64,000 nt of DNA, from contig JBHGNT010000001.1 of NCBI GenBank assembly GCA_043228905.1, forward strand, positions 19,034,001 through 19,098,000, given 5' to 3'. Origin of the DNA: Azolla caroliniana. Lineage: Eukaryota; Plantae; Polypodiophyta. Below the pieces are notes generated by a model. It saw nothing but the letters and a program-made list of their open reading frames with translations. It had not been told where the DNA came from and did no database searches. The position numbers and the translations under genes were made by a program. Position 1 is the stretch's first letter. Each line of letters starts with the position of its first letter. Below, one piece after another: positions 21,895 through 33,402 of the stretch.

Positions 21895-24376
21895 GCTAGT
21901 ACTGTGGCAAGATAGGCCACAGGGAGAGCGAGTGCTGGAAGAAGAGAGCCGATTCGGACAAGGCCGAATCGAGCGGAAGAGACGTACGAAGGCGTCAAAA
22001 ATCGTACTATGCCGAAGGGGCTCTGAACGAGCCATAAATGGATCGGGCCCAGCTTTCATAATGAAGCACAACACCAATTCGATGTCTGTGAACACCTCAA
22101 AATCGAGCGAGGTGTGGTATGTTGTTTCCGGAGCGTCAAATCATATGACGAGTCATGAGGAATGGTTCTCGTACTTGGAGAAACCAGAAAAACAAGGAGT
22201 CGTTGAAATGGGAGACGACACTCCACATACCATCGAACATGTTAGAGAAGTTCCTCTCAACTACATTGGTATGAAAGGGAAACTTATGAACGTTTTGCAC
22301 GTCCGGACAATAATCAAGAAACTAGTGTCGGTCGGTCAGATCGTCGACCAGGGGATTAAAGTTCAATTCACGCACCTCGGGTGCTACATCGAAGAGGAAG
22401 GCAAAGTAATCACGCAAGAGCACCGTGAAGGGAGGATGTTTATCCTCGACACCAACCAAGCAGGAACCGCGATGTTTGTGAATGGATAGAAGGTCGAATC
22501 GGACATTGACCTGTGGCACAAGTGGTCCGTCCACGATAACTTCCCACGGCTTCGTGAAATGCAGACAAAGAGTATTGTTTTAGGATTGCCGAAATTTCGG
22601 GGCCGTAATGGCCAAGTTTGCGAAGACTGCCAACTTGGGAAGCAGCATGACTTCCATTCCCCAATGAGTGTAATCGTAGTCGAAATCTGCTTCATTTGAT
22701 CCATTTGGATGTGTGGGGACCGATACTGAACGTGAGTCTCGATGGAAGCCATCACTTCGTAATCTTCATCGATGACTTCACTCGGCATACCTGGGTGTGC
22801 TTGATCACGAAAAAGAGCGAAGTGTTCACGTGGTTCCAGAAGGTGAAAAACCTTGGGAAAAGGGAAACATGGCGTAAGATCAAGTGCTTACGGTCCGATG
22901 GCGGAAAGGAGTACTTGTCCGACCAGTTCATGAGTTATCTACAGAAGGAGGGAATTCGACGTGAATTCGCGTGTAGATATACGCCGGAGCATAATGGCAT
23001 AGCCAAGTGGAAGAATCGGATGATCGAAAAAGCCGCCAAGGCAATGCTTGAGAACCATATGCCGAATTTTTACTGGGCTCAGGTCGTAAGGACGACTGTT
23101 TATTTGCAGAATCGGACTTCTACTAATGGAGGAGTGTCACCACACGAACTGTATTTTGGAAAGAAGTCAAGTTTGGCACACTTGAGGATTTTCGACAACA
23201 TTGAGTATGTGCATGTGCCGAAGGAGAAGAGGAGGAAGATGGATGCCAAAGCCGAGAAGTGTATCTTGGTTGGCTATTTAGATGAATAGAAGGGGTATAA
23301 GTGCTATAACCCCCAAACAAAGGAAGTTCGCGTAAGCCGAGATGTCGTGTTCGAAGAGTCCACTTCGTGGTACTTGCCTCCACCTCCAATACCTCATGAT
23401 TCCATTCTGAATTCTAAAGAAGAGGTCAGCGAGGCTGAGATGCCTCTGCATGATGAGGATATCGGAGCTATTATAAAGAGTCTAATCTCATTTCGGCTAA
23501 GTGGGCTGAATGAGGGGTTGGGCCGAGATGGCCAACCAAATGAAGAACCGACGAGTAGTGGAGACTTGGCCGTGTTGTCCCTGTGTAAAGAACCGAGGAG
23601 ACAATTTACGCGTAAAGGAAAAAGGAAGAAGAAAATGTCGGAATAAGATTTCGGCAGTGCCTAGTCAGATCGGAGCGAATCTAACTTCAGGCCAATCGAG
23701 AAGGAACCTCCACAGAAGAGGTCAGAATCGACCAAAAAGGTCGTGAAATCAGGTAATCACGAATTACGCCGATCCACCCGCCTGAAGAACCCCGTAAAGA
23801 GGTACGGGTACAATGAATACATGGCGCATCATTATGCATACATGATGCAAGTGGCGGAAGTGTGTGAGCCAGAGAGCTACGCAGAAGCGGCGAAAGACGT
23901 AAATTGGCGTGCCGCGATGGAGGAAGAGATGCGCACTTTAACAGACAATGAGACTGGGGACCTGGTTGATGTACCGAAGGGTGTAAAGCCGATTGGATGT
24001 AGATGGGTGTATAAGGTGAAATACAACATCGAGGGCTCCGTCAACCAATATAATGCCCGTTTGGTTGCGAAAGGCTTCTTGCAGAAGCACGACATAGATT
24101 ACGATGAGACCTTCGCACCAGTCGCGAAGATGACTACCGTGAGAGTTCTGCTAGTCGTAGCTGCAACAAAGGGGTGGTATCTACATCAGATGGATGTAAA
24201 GAATGCGTTCCCGCAAGGTGATCTTCAGGAACAAGTGTACATGGTAAATCCCCCGGATTTCTATCCAAACAAAACACTCCGGCAATCTGCCAATTGAAGA
24301 AGGCGTTATATGGCCTTAAGCTAGCCCCACGAGCTTGGAACACGAAGATTGTGTAACGGTTGCATAGGATGGGATT

Positions 24377-24804
24377 TGTAAAGAATCGGGTATGATTCTT
24401 GTGTAGTGGAAGAGATGTGTGTTATGTGTGTGTGTTTGTGTGAGAGAGAAAAATAAAGGACAGAAGAGAACACAAGATAGATAAGCAAGAGAAATAAAAT
24501 ACTCAAGAAGAAGGTGTATATTTCACAAGTAGAATGAATATACAAAATTGTAGCATTACAAGGAGTCACAACTGACTTAGTATGAAGTATGAGGAGGGTG
24601 CTTTCTATAGAGTCATCCTCTCTCTTCATTAACTTATAACAACCCCTCTCTCTCTTGGGGAATGTGAAGACTCATAGTCATGGGGAATATGTAACTCATT
24701 AGTTATGTGTCATAGAATATGATTCTATGATACATACTTAATGTGAGTAGTGGTGTGACTCTTGACCTTTGAGTAATCATGGATTCTCAAAAGGTGTGTT
24801 CACA
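24377..24804 (-). repeat. Truncated copia LTR E (A-related), inserted in the RT of A
   Basis: Starts TGTAAAGAATC and is colinear with the solo LTR at 48604-49046. Confidence 0.75.
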
Positions 24805-26262
24805 CGTTGCACTATACTATGTTCACCAGAACCATACTAGACTGGATGGACCGGATCACCGGGTCAGATGCAGACCGGATCACCGGGTTGGATGAGGACC
24901 GGGTGGACCGGATAGACGGGTCGGTCGGATAAGTTGATCACGAAGCACAATGTCTTGAAGATTTTCGGTGTAAAATGAAAAAACCAAGTCATTTCTTTAA
25001 GTTATATTTTATCATTATACTTTCACATGTAAATTCTCATACATGAGAGATTGAATGAGAGACATGTTTATCATGCAACACATGTAATGCATGAGCGCCA
25101 AATGGCAAACATACATCTCATGCATTTTATGCATTAAATGCATGTCTTGGCCCCTCACATGCATCATATGCATGGGGGCATCTATAAAAGAGTGGATGGA
25201 GAAGAAAAATGGGCTATGTATTAATCAAGAAATTAAGAAAAAGAAAATTCGTAATCCCATTGGTGATGTATTAATCTTGTCTCTCAAATCTAAAGTCCAG
25301 GGTTCAATCTTAATCTCCCTCTCTCTCCATCTCAATCTATCTCGCCATATCAATCTCTCTCAATCTATCTTAAATACTTTCTCGCTAAAGCTAGTACCCC
25401 GACGGTTCTGCCTCACAATCTACACATAGTGACGGATTTTCACAACATAATTAAGTGGTGAACCCGACGTGAAAGAGGCGGTAGGAAGGATCAAGTCGAG
25501 GATCAACCGATACTTGGAGATGGCATCCTCAAACAATCAAGCGGGAGAATTCAAAAGGATGATGCTAATCATCGAACAAATGATGCGATCTCGACACAAT
25601 GATGCGAGCGTGGAGAAGGACGTCGACCGTGTTGTGGAGCTCGAGGGTCAATTTGATGGAAGGAATATTACAAAGTTCCTTGATGCATACAAAAGGGAGA
25701 TGAATGAGAGGGACATGTCTGAAGTGCGTCAAATCGCAAGTTTCACAAGAGTGGTCACCAACAATATCCAAAGGCACATCGTCGAGCTTCAAGAAAGGAA
25801 GAGAACGTGGTCCAAATTCGAGAAAGCGATATTAGCGGAGTTTGTGACGGAAGATTTGACGAGGATGACTAGACATGTCTTGATAATGTGGATAGAAAAT
25901 ATGACGAGTTCGACCATATGTTTAGTCGTCTCCCCAACACGGACCAAGTGTTGCTTGAGGAGGACAAGACTTTGTACTTCTTAAAAGTTGTGGATATGAA
26001 GGATAGACGAGAATTGGGGACTCTTCTTGAAGATGATACCCAAGCAAATGGGCTTATGACAGACTGGATTGCGGTGAAGCGAGCATGCAACAGGCTTGAC
26101 AAGCGTCGTCAATGGGTTGATGACACCGATTTGGCAGGATCGACCAGGGAGAAAATGAGACAACCGAAAGTAGCCGAGCCGCACAAACAAAGCAAAGGGA
26201 AGAAAAGAAGATTGATGATGACATCATCGAAGAACTGGCAAAGAAGTTCGAGATGGTCACGC

Positions 26263-26997
26263 TGTTGTGCCTTTCGGCGCCAGATCGTTTGCGTGAGTCG
26301 GGTGGGAACCGCTGGGGTTTTGGACTAGGAGAAAGAAGAATATGAGATAATGTTAGTTAGGAAGAGATTGTAAGAAGAAGATATGAAACTTGTGAATCCC
26401 ACGAGTATAATGTATTAATGGGTAATTAGATTGTAAGAGAGAATTAGATGGTAAAATCGTAAATCCCAGGAATATTTTGTATTAATCAAACCTTCTAAAA
26501 ATAATCAACAACCATTATACATCTTTCTCTCTTCCTTATATAATGTTGGAAGAGTCTAAGTTTATCACATGCAAGCATCATGCTTTTCCTAGCTTTAGTT
26601 TTCATGCACACTGCATGTGCATAATTAGCTTTCTATCCCATCTTTTGTTTTAACTCGAGTGTTTATGCATGAATAACTTTTTGTACCATGCATATCTAGA
26701 ATATTTACATGGGATAAAGTCTAGTATAACTTTAAAATTCATAATATGCTAGTATAGTGGTAAAGCTTAAAAATCGTTTACATGGAGGTACAGGGTTCGA
26801 AGCCTACGCTATGCATGTAACAATCTTTTCTTCTATTTACAAATTTGTCTCTTCATCCGGTGAGAGATTCTCACCGGCCTTCTTTATCCGGCTCTTGCCG
26901 GTTCTGCTTTATCCGGTTCTTACCGGTTCTCCTTACCAATTCCATCCGGAGGGACAAAAATGTAATTTTCACGTACTGTGCGAATTACACTATGACA
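26263..26997 (-). repeat. Solo LTR of family B (735 bp) inserted in the gag of G
   Basis: TG..CA termini and 4-bp TSD ACGC/ATGC (one CpG transition). Removing it restores EMVTLSNMNRRG. Confidence 0.88.
26742..26829 (+). ncRNA. tRNA-like Pol III unit in solo LTR B (copy 3)
   Basis: A box TAGTATAGTGG (26750-26760), 33-nt spacer, B box GGTTCGAAGCC (26794-26804) and TTTT (26826-26829). Confidence 0.55.
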
Positions 26998-28066
26998 ATG
27001 CTATCCAACATGAATCGTCGGGGCCCCAAAGGAAAAGAACGCTTTAGATGCATGTGGTGCGATAGCATGGACCACATGAGAAGGGATTGTGTGAGCCTTC
27101 GAGATGCCATTCGACAAAATATCGTATACATGGATGGCAACATGATCTACTCAAGTGAGACTAGAAGACCCCTACGAGTGAATTTCTGAAGAGGGGGAAT
27201 GAAGAAAGCCATGGAAGATGCCGAGACGACTCATGTGGATGCGATGCACTATGCTGCGTTGGCCGAAATAAGAGTCAGGAAAGACAAAACTAAAGCTGCT
27301 AGAGCAGGAGGAAAGTTTTGGTCTACCATTCTCGAGAATGAGAACAAGGGAAAGGTCACTCCGAACGAGGTAGAGCTTGCGGACCGAAGTATTCAAAGCA
27401 TAACCAGATGGTCGGATCCTGTGGATAACAACACCATACTCGTGGAAGTTATGTGTGAAAACCACGAGGTGTTCATGGATGAAAAGATAAAAAAAATGGA
27501 AGGGCAAGGCAACCCATCAAAAAGACATGAAACAAGGAACACGAAAAAGAAAGAGGATGCAAAAACGAGTCAAGCTTTACAAACGGAGGGAGACTCATGC
27601 CGGAAAACGGAGTCGAGCAAATGAGTCGAAGAAACGGTTCGGCCCGTGAAGGTTGGTGTTTTAGACCCCACTCGGAAAACAAGAATTATGCCTACCTATA
27701 AGCTAAGGTCGGAGATAGAGCAAACGACAGATCTGAAGAAGATTCTCGAGGAACGTGTTCTCAATAGCCACGTGGCTTTTTCCTTGAGGGAATTGCTCGG
27801 TATTACGAAGGAGTTCCATGATACGATCCTCGACCTTGTGAAGAGAAAAAGGCAACAGTCGGATGAGGAAGAAGAGAAGCCGTTAAAAACAAAAACAAAT
27901 GCCATAACGATGGCAAGGGACGAATTCATTGAAGATTTGGTCGACAGCCACGATACTCGACCTCATTGGCCACGAGCAACAACAGAGACGCCGATGAAGA
28001 TTGGGGACACGAAAGAGATCGTGGTAGCCTTGATCAACCATGGCTCGAAGATCAACCTCATGTCGA

Positions 28067-29428
28067 CAAAGAAGCTAGTGTCGGTCTGAACTCTTCTTCG
28101 AATCGGTAGTGCCGGTTTCTTTCTCTTTCCGGAAATGCCAGCAGTTTTTCTAGAAGTGTCCCAACTTCCCGCAATAGAAGCACGTGGGCCTCCCCCTTGA
28201 CTTCGACCTCGTTCCCAATTTGTCCCGGTTTTGGGGACTCCGATATTGACCTCTTCCCCGGTTGTGGTCATCTTCCATGACCAAGGCCTTCAGATCGGTT
28301 CCGGACTCTCGATCCTTCCGGCGAGCTTCTTCATCAAGCAAGCTTGATTTTACCATTGCTAGGGACAACTGTTTTCCTTCCAGCCCGGTGTTGCCCAAAC
28401 TGACAACTAGCGTCTCCCAATTATACGAGAGGGAACCGAGCAACAGCAACGCAAGTACCTCGTCGGCTAGATGTACTGATTTATGAGCCCCTAGAAAGCA
28501 TTCATGTGCTCCGCTATGTTGGATTCATCCTGATACCAGAGTCTCACTAACTTCCGGAATACTGAAACTTGATTTACGGCATTTTTACTCTCCAGCATGG
28601 TACCGATTTTCTCCCAAAGCACATGTGCCTTACTTTCTTCATTAAAGTTGTTGTATAGGTTCATGTCGATGAAGCACCAGATGTATGTCGTCCTCTTCAT
28701 ATGCATCACCTCCCACGTCGTGGCATCGATCTTGTATGGTTTCTTGTCCCCGAACTGTACCGGCAGCCAAAGATCTTTGACCATGAGCATGTCCCTCATC
28801 TTCAACTTCCACAGTGGATAGTTGGAGCCGGTGAGCTTGAACATGCTTCTGAATGACTCTTCCATCTGTTGTTCGCTCTGATACCATATTGTGTGGAAAT
28901 GATGCTCGGCCACAACCGAGTCTAAACCCTAAACCCTAAACCCTAAACCCTAAACACTCAATGGAAGAACAAAACAGAAATGGAGATTAATACACTTACA
29001 CAGACAATAGAAAAGGACACAGGACGTTAACGTGGAAAATCCTAATAGAGAAACAACCACGGGAGCCCACTGACTCCAACTATCACTATAAGAAGAGAAT
29101 ACAATGTGAGACTCAGAGGCAAAGACCTCGAGCCCTATGTCTTCGCCAACCGGCGGTTACAACAGAAAACAAGTCCTATATCTTGCTCTCCTCTCTCTCT
29201 CAAGCTCTCTCTGTCTCTATACAACAGTAATAATGACAACAACTACCACACACAAAGCGATTGCCCTAAGTCATATTTATACTTATATGACTTTAGGGCT
29301 ATTTACAAATATGTCCATGACAAGCACGCTAGAAACATATTTACAAATATGTCCCTGGGTCCGGTTCACACTGGATCCATCTAGTCCGTCTCATCCGGAT
29401 CCCATCCGGAGGGACCGAATTCCTAACA
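28067..29428 (-). mobile_element. Ty1/copia element H (D-related): 5' LTR, PBS and gag only
   Basis: LTR 28890-29428 and PBS TGGTATCAGAGC (28886-28875). gag MEESFRSMFKLTGSNY..CFYCGKLGHF is homologous to that of D. Confidence 0.88.
28922..28955. repeat. Interstitial plant telomeric repeat (CCCTAAA)4+
   Basis: CTAAA(CCCTAAA)4C inside LTR H. Confidence 0.9.
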
Positions 29429-29839
29429 TTATCTAGATCGGTTATTAATTTTGATGATTGACAAGTGAATCGATATATTTTTTCTTTCTTCTAAAGTGTT
29501 TCTAATCATTATTGAGCTTGTTTTGTAAGTGTTCATGGTAATTATAGAGTTGCTTGTTTCTAATCCCTATTGCGTGAAGTCTTTATTTAAGTATCAATAC
29601 TTAGTAGCATCAATATGGCCCAAACTTATTCAAGTATCAATACCAGTAGTATAAAACAAGTATCAATCTAAATAGTAAGTATTTCTTATAATTATAGTAG
29701 TAAATGTTTTTAGTAATTATAGAGTTTTTTATTTCTAATCCCTATTGTGTTAAGTCTCTATTCAACTCTGCCTATGTGCACTCAAGGAGACCATATTTCG
29801 CAAGTATCAAAACAACCCAAACTTATTACAATATACATA

Positions 29840-29872
29840 TTAGTTTAGTCTCCCAACGTATATGAGTTAAAT

Positions 29873-29916
<44 letters not shown>

Positions 29917-30127
29917 TAGTTTAGTACTAATATGAATGTCAAATGTTCACTAATGCATAGTAGTCTCCCAACGTTTCTCAGTAAGACAGATATAACATAT
30001 GTTAGTTTAGTACTGATATGAATGTCAAATGTTCACTAATACATAGTAGTCTCCCAAAGTATCTCAGTTAGACGAATACATACATCTTAGTTTAGTACTA
30101 ATATGAATGTCAAAGGTTCCCTAATAC
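29840..30127. repeat. ~86-bp tandem repeat (about 3 units) with an embedded (AT)20
   Basis: Unit TTAGTTTAGTACTAATATGAATGTCAAATGTTCACTAAT.. at ~29916, 30002 and 30087. (AT)n at 29875-29914. Confidence 0.85.
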
Positions 30128-30399
30128 ACAAATAGAGATAGTATCTTATTTGAAATCAACACAATCATGGTTGCATGAGAATTGACAATTGTCAACATTC
30201 TCATTCTCTACAATTAGAAATATATCATTTCACATTACGCTAACAACACTAGATGAGTGAACTGGACTCAATACAACATTTCACATTAGCAATTTAGATA
30301 ATATTTTGGTATTACAAATAGTTCAAGTACAGACATCACTAACAATTCAGTTATAGTTCAAGTACAAACTTCTCAATAGAAAGACAATCAGGCACCATT

Positions 30400-31236
30400 T
30401 CACAATTTTGCCAATCTTGTAATGCGCTTGTTATTGGTGCCAATCGTCTGTGATTTTACATTCTTCTTCATCTTAAAGCCTTTAGGTATCAGCTTACTAA
30501 GTGGCACTTCATCATCAGAGGCATCAGAGACAGGGGTGGATGTACAGGCACCTTGGACCAGTGGCAAGCTTGAGAGAGTAACTGTGTTTTTTGCAACTGC
30601 AATGCTTGTACACACATCCAGAAAGGTACTGTTGATAGTCAAATTATCACTCATCTTGTTCTCCAAATGTTGTTGCTCTTGTATGTGGGCTATAGTAGTA
30701 CTCATGGTTAACTCATGGCTGGTAATAGTCATCTCATTCTTAAGACCACCGTGCTCCCCTTCCTGGGTGGTCTTTATTGCCTTGTCTTGATGGATGATGC
30801 TAGTATGCTCGTTCTCAGTACAATTAGGCTCTTGTATGTGGGTTGTAGCAGTAATCATGGTGAACTCCTCCTGGCTTGTGATAGTCACCTCATTCTTAAG
30901 ACCATTGTTCTCCCCTTCCTGGGTGGTCTTTATTGCCCTATCCTCATGGGTGATGCTAGTATGCTCGTCCTTAGTACAATCAGGCTCCTATATGTGGGTC
31001 ATGGTAGTACTCATGGTCAACTCCTCCTGGATGGTGGTTGTTACCTCATTTTTACATATTGTTACATTGTCATACTGTACAGCCGTAGACAACCCATTTA
31101 AAGTGGTAGGGTCAGTCATCTTCTCCACGGCATCTAAGTGTTCATCAGATTTAGGGATGGTGCCAATCGCAAGTTGGGGCTTATTGTCAATAGAAGCTTT
31201 CATAATAGTATCTATAGAATGCACCAAAAGCACCAC
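30400..31236 (-). pseudogene. Interrupted ORF of unknown function with 52-aa (156-bp) internal repeats; probable terminal exon of a TE-borne gene
   Basis: ORFs 30988-31236 and 30400-30888 share a frame. Repeat units at 30736-30891 and 30892-31047. C-terminus SDDEVPLSKL followed by a basic tail. Confidence 0.5.
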
Positions 31237-31768
31237 TATAATAGGGTTGTTATGATCTAAATAGTTGTTTTCTTAGAGGGCTTTTGACGGGTACCTAAGA
31301 CTGTGATAAATTCGTCTTCATGATCAGGCTTTGGACTCGTATCTCCCTCTCCTAAGATCATTTCTTCATCAACTAGTAACACAAGTACCTGGCATTAGTC
31401 AATGCATTAGGTTGACAACACTCCAGACAGGTGAGAACATATATGACTCACCATTGCATTCAATTTTGCCTTTCTTGCCCTTTCCATACAACTTCCTTGC
31501 AACATTCCTCTTCTTAGTGGGCTCTTTTTTAAAGACATCAGGCATTCAACATACACACAAATGAGAAATAAGATGTGAAACCACAATTTGTGTTACCTGG
31601 ATTGTTGTGATGTTGACCAGATCTTGGAGAATTTGTTTGCAGAAGCACATGTTCCACTGCTCCAATGGCCCTTCTCATACATTCATCTTATCATAAAACT
31701 CATAGATTACTATTGGTAATGAAGGTCCTTGACCCTTGGAATGTGCAGCAGATACCGAGGGTTTAGGC

Positions 31769-31994
31769 ACACTCACAAGTTTTTCAATACCTACAATTAT
31801 AGATACTTTACAATCAAAAGATTATCATTATGAAGATGTATGGCCCGAGGATGTTATTTATAAAGGTTACGGAGGGGTAGATTGCGTTGAAGCGGGTGGG
31901 CCACCCGCCGGAGCCGGATACAGAGGATACATGGTGGGAGAGACTGTAAAACTATTGAAAGAATTAAATGCTTTTTATGAGTATGACATAATTT
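31769..31994 (+). pseudogene. chlL: Plastid-derived fragment (NUPT) of the light-independent protochlorophyllide reductase L subunit
   Basis: [73 protein letters not shown] is near-identical to an internal segment of ChlL/FrxC. Confidence 0.93.
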
Positions 31995-32083
31995 CTACTA
32001 TGTAGTAATCGTTTCTATCAACTTATTTATACTCCATCCATCTTACGAGAGTGTAGATTCTGTCACAGATAGGTAGGAATAAA

Positions 32084-32106
32084 GGGGGGGGGGGGGGGGG
32101 GGGGGG
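32084..32106 (+). repeat. G23 homopolymer
   Basis: 23 consecutive G. Confidence 0.95.
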
Positions 32107-32374
32107 AATAGAAAAAGGAATTACTGGTGGATTAAAAAAAAAAGATCAAGGATTCCTCAAGAAGTTAAAAAGTTTCTCTACATAGGAGCTAGTTGTTCCA
32201 TTACCTTCCTTGGCGTGGAGTTGCTTGACACTACAACATTCATTGCAAGAAACAAAAAAACCTTCAACGTTAGTACCTTGATATAAAAAATACAGTGTAG
32301 GTCACATCTTCAGTCCGTTTGAGCCTAATTGATGCACCCACCATCAAGACTTGCAGTACTAAATCATCAAGCTA

Positions 32375-33050
32375 CACCTAGTTCCCATATTACACAACTA
32401 GTACTAATCGTGAACAATGTACTACAAGTATAGTGTGTATTACACTAGTACTGGGCAAGTTATAATATAGATTGGACTAACATCTAATCCAACAAATACA
32501 TCTAAACAACTTCCTACTTTAGTACTAAAGTGGTATTTTGCCCACAAGTAATACTAATCGTGATATGTGTTCTACACACCTAATTCCCAAATTACACAAA
32601 TAATACTAATCTTCAGCAATTTACTACACATCTTGTTCCCAAATTACATAACTAGTACTAATCGTGAACAATGTACTACACAGCTAATTCCCAAATTACA
32701 CAAATAGTACTAATAGTGAACAGTGTACTACAAATATAGTGTGTACTACACTAGTACTGGGCAAGTTGTAATAAGATTGGACAAACAACTTATCCAACAA
32801 ATACATCTAAACAACTTCCTTCTTTAGTACTAAAGTGGTATTTTGCACACAAGTAGTACTAATCGTGATGTGTTCTACACAACTAATTCCTAAATTACAT
32901 GAATAATACTAATCGTTAACAGTGTACTACACACCTTGTTCTCAAATTACATAACTAGTACCAATCCTGAACAATGTATTATACACCTTGTTCCCAAATT
33001 ACTCAAATAGTACTAATCGTGGAAAATATCCATACAAACCCATACTAATT
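32375..33050. repeat. Hierarchical tandem array (~52-bp units within a ~306-bp duplication), rich in TAGTACTA
   Basis: Repeating TAGTACTAATCGTGAACAATGTACTACAC..TTCCCAAATTACA. Blocks starting ~32399 and ~32705 are colinear. Confidence 0.85.
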
Positions 33051-33402
33051 ATATATTAAGACTTGAAAACCCTTCTTGATTGACATTAGAGTACTACACA
33101 CCTATCGGGATGTGATGAATGCACCAGTACTAACCCACATAAATAGGGTTCCACATATTAGTTGTTGGAGAGACACTAGTACTAATCCATTGTTTTCCTA
33201 ATTTGAAGTATGAATTGTTGCCTACACCAGTTCTAAACCAAATGCAAATTGACATCATATAAAACAAACAATAGAATAGTAGAGCCACATACAGTACGAG
33301 TGTACTTTTAAACCCCAAGCATAGTACCATTCAGCAACAACTGTACTTTTACAGTCCATACATGTATTTTCTTTCTCAAAATGGTACTTAGCACATAACA
33401 CA

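Larger units (their letters stand above)
5945..24376 (+). mobile_element. Ty1/copia element A, decayed, hosting a nested block at 6888-21894; 3' end missing
   Basis: 5' LTR 5945-6362 (TGTTGAGAG..TTTTACA), PBS TGGTATCAGAG at 6363 and gag from ATG 6466. Resumes at 21895 with CGKIGHRESEC, PR (VWYV.SGASNHM), INT and RT to ~24376. Colinear with copia F. Confidence 0.85.
24805..28066 (+). mobile_element. Ty3/gypsy element G (tRNA-Trp primed): 5' LTR, gag and start of protease only
   Basis: LTR ~24805-25447 (left edge approximate). Exact PBS TGGTGAACCCGACGTGAA at 25456-25473. gag from 25520 with CMWCDSMDHMRRDC knuckle. Ends at ALINHGSKINLMS. Confidence 0.85.

Noticed and set aside
32375-33050. Repeat array as a possible CRISPR
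   Set aside because: Units are degenerate tandem copies without unique spacers, the context is eukaryotic, and there are no cas genes.
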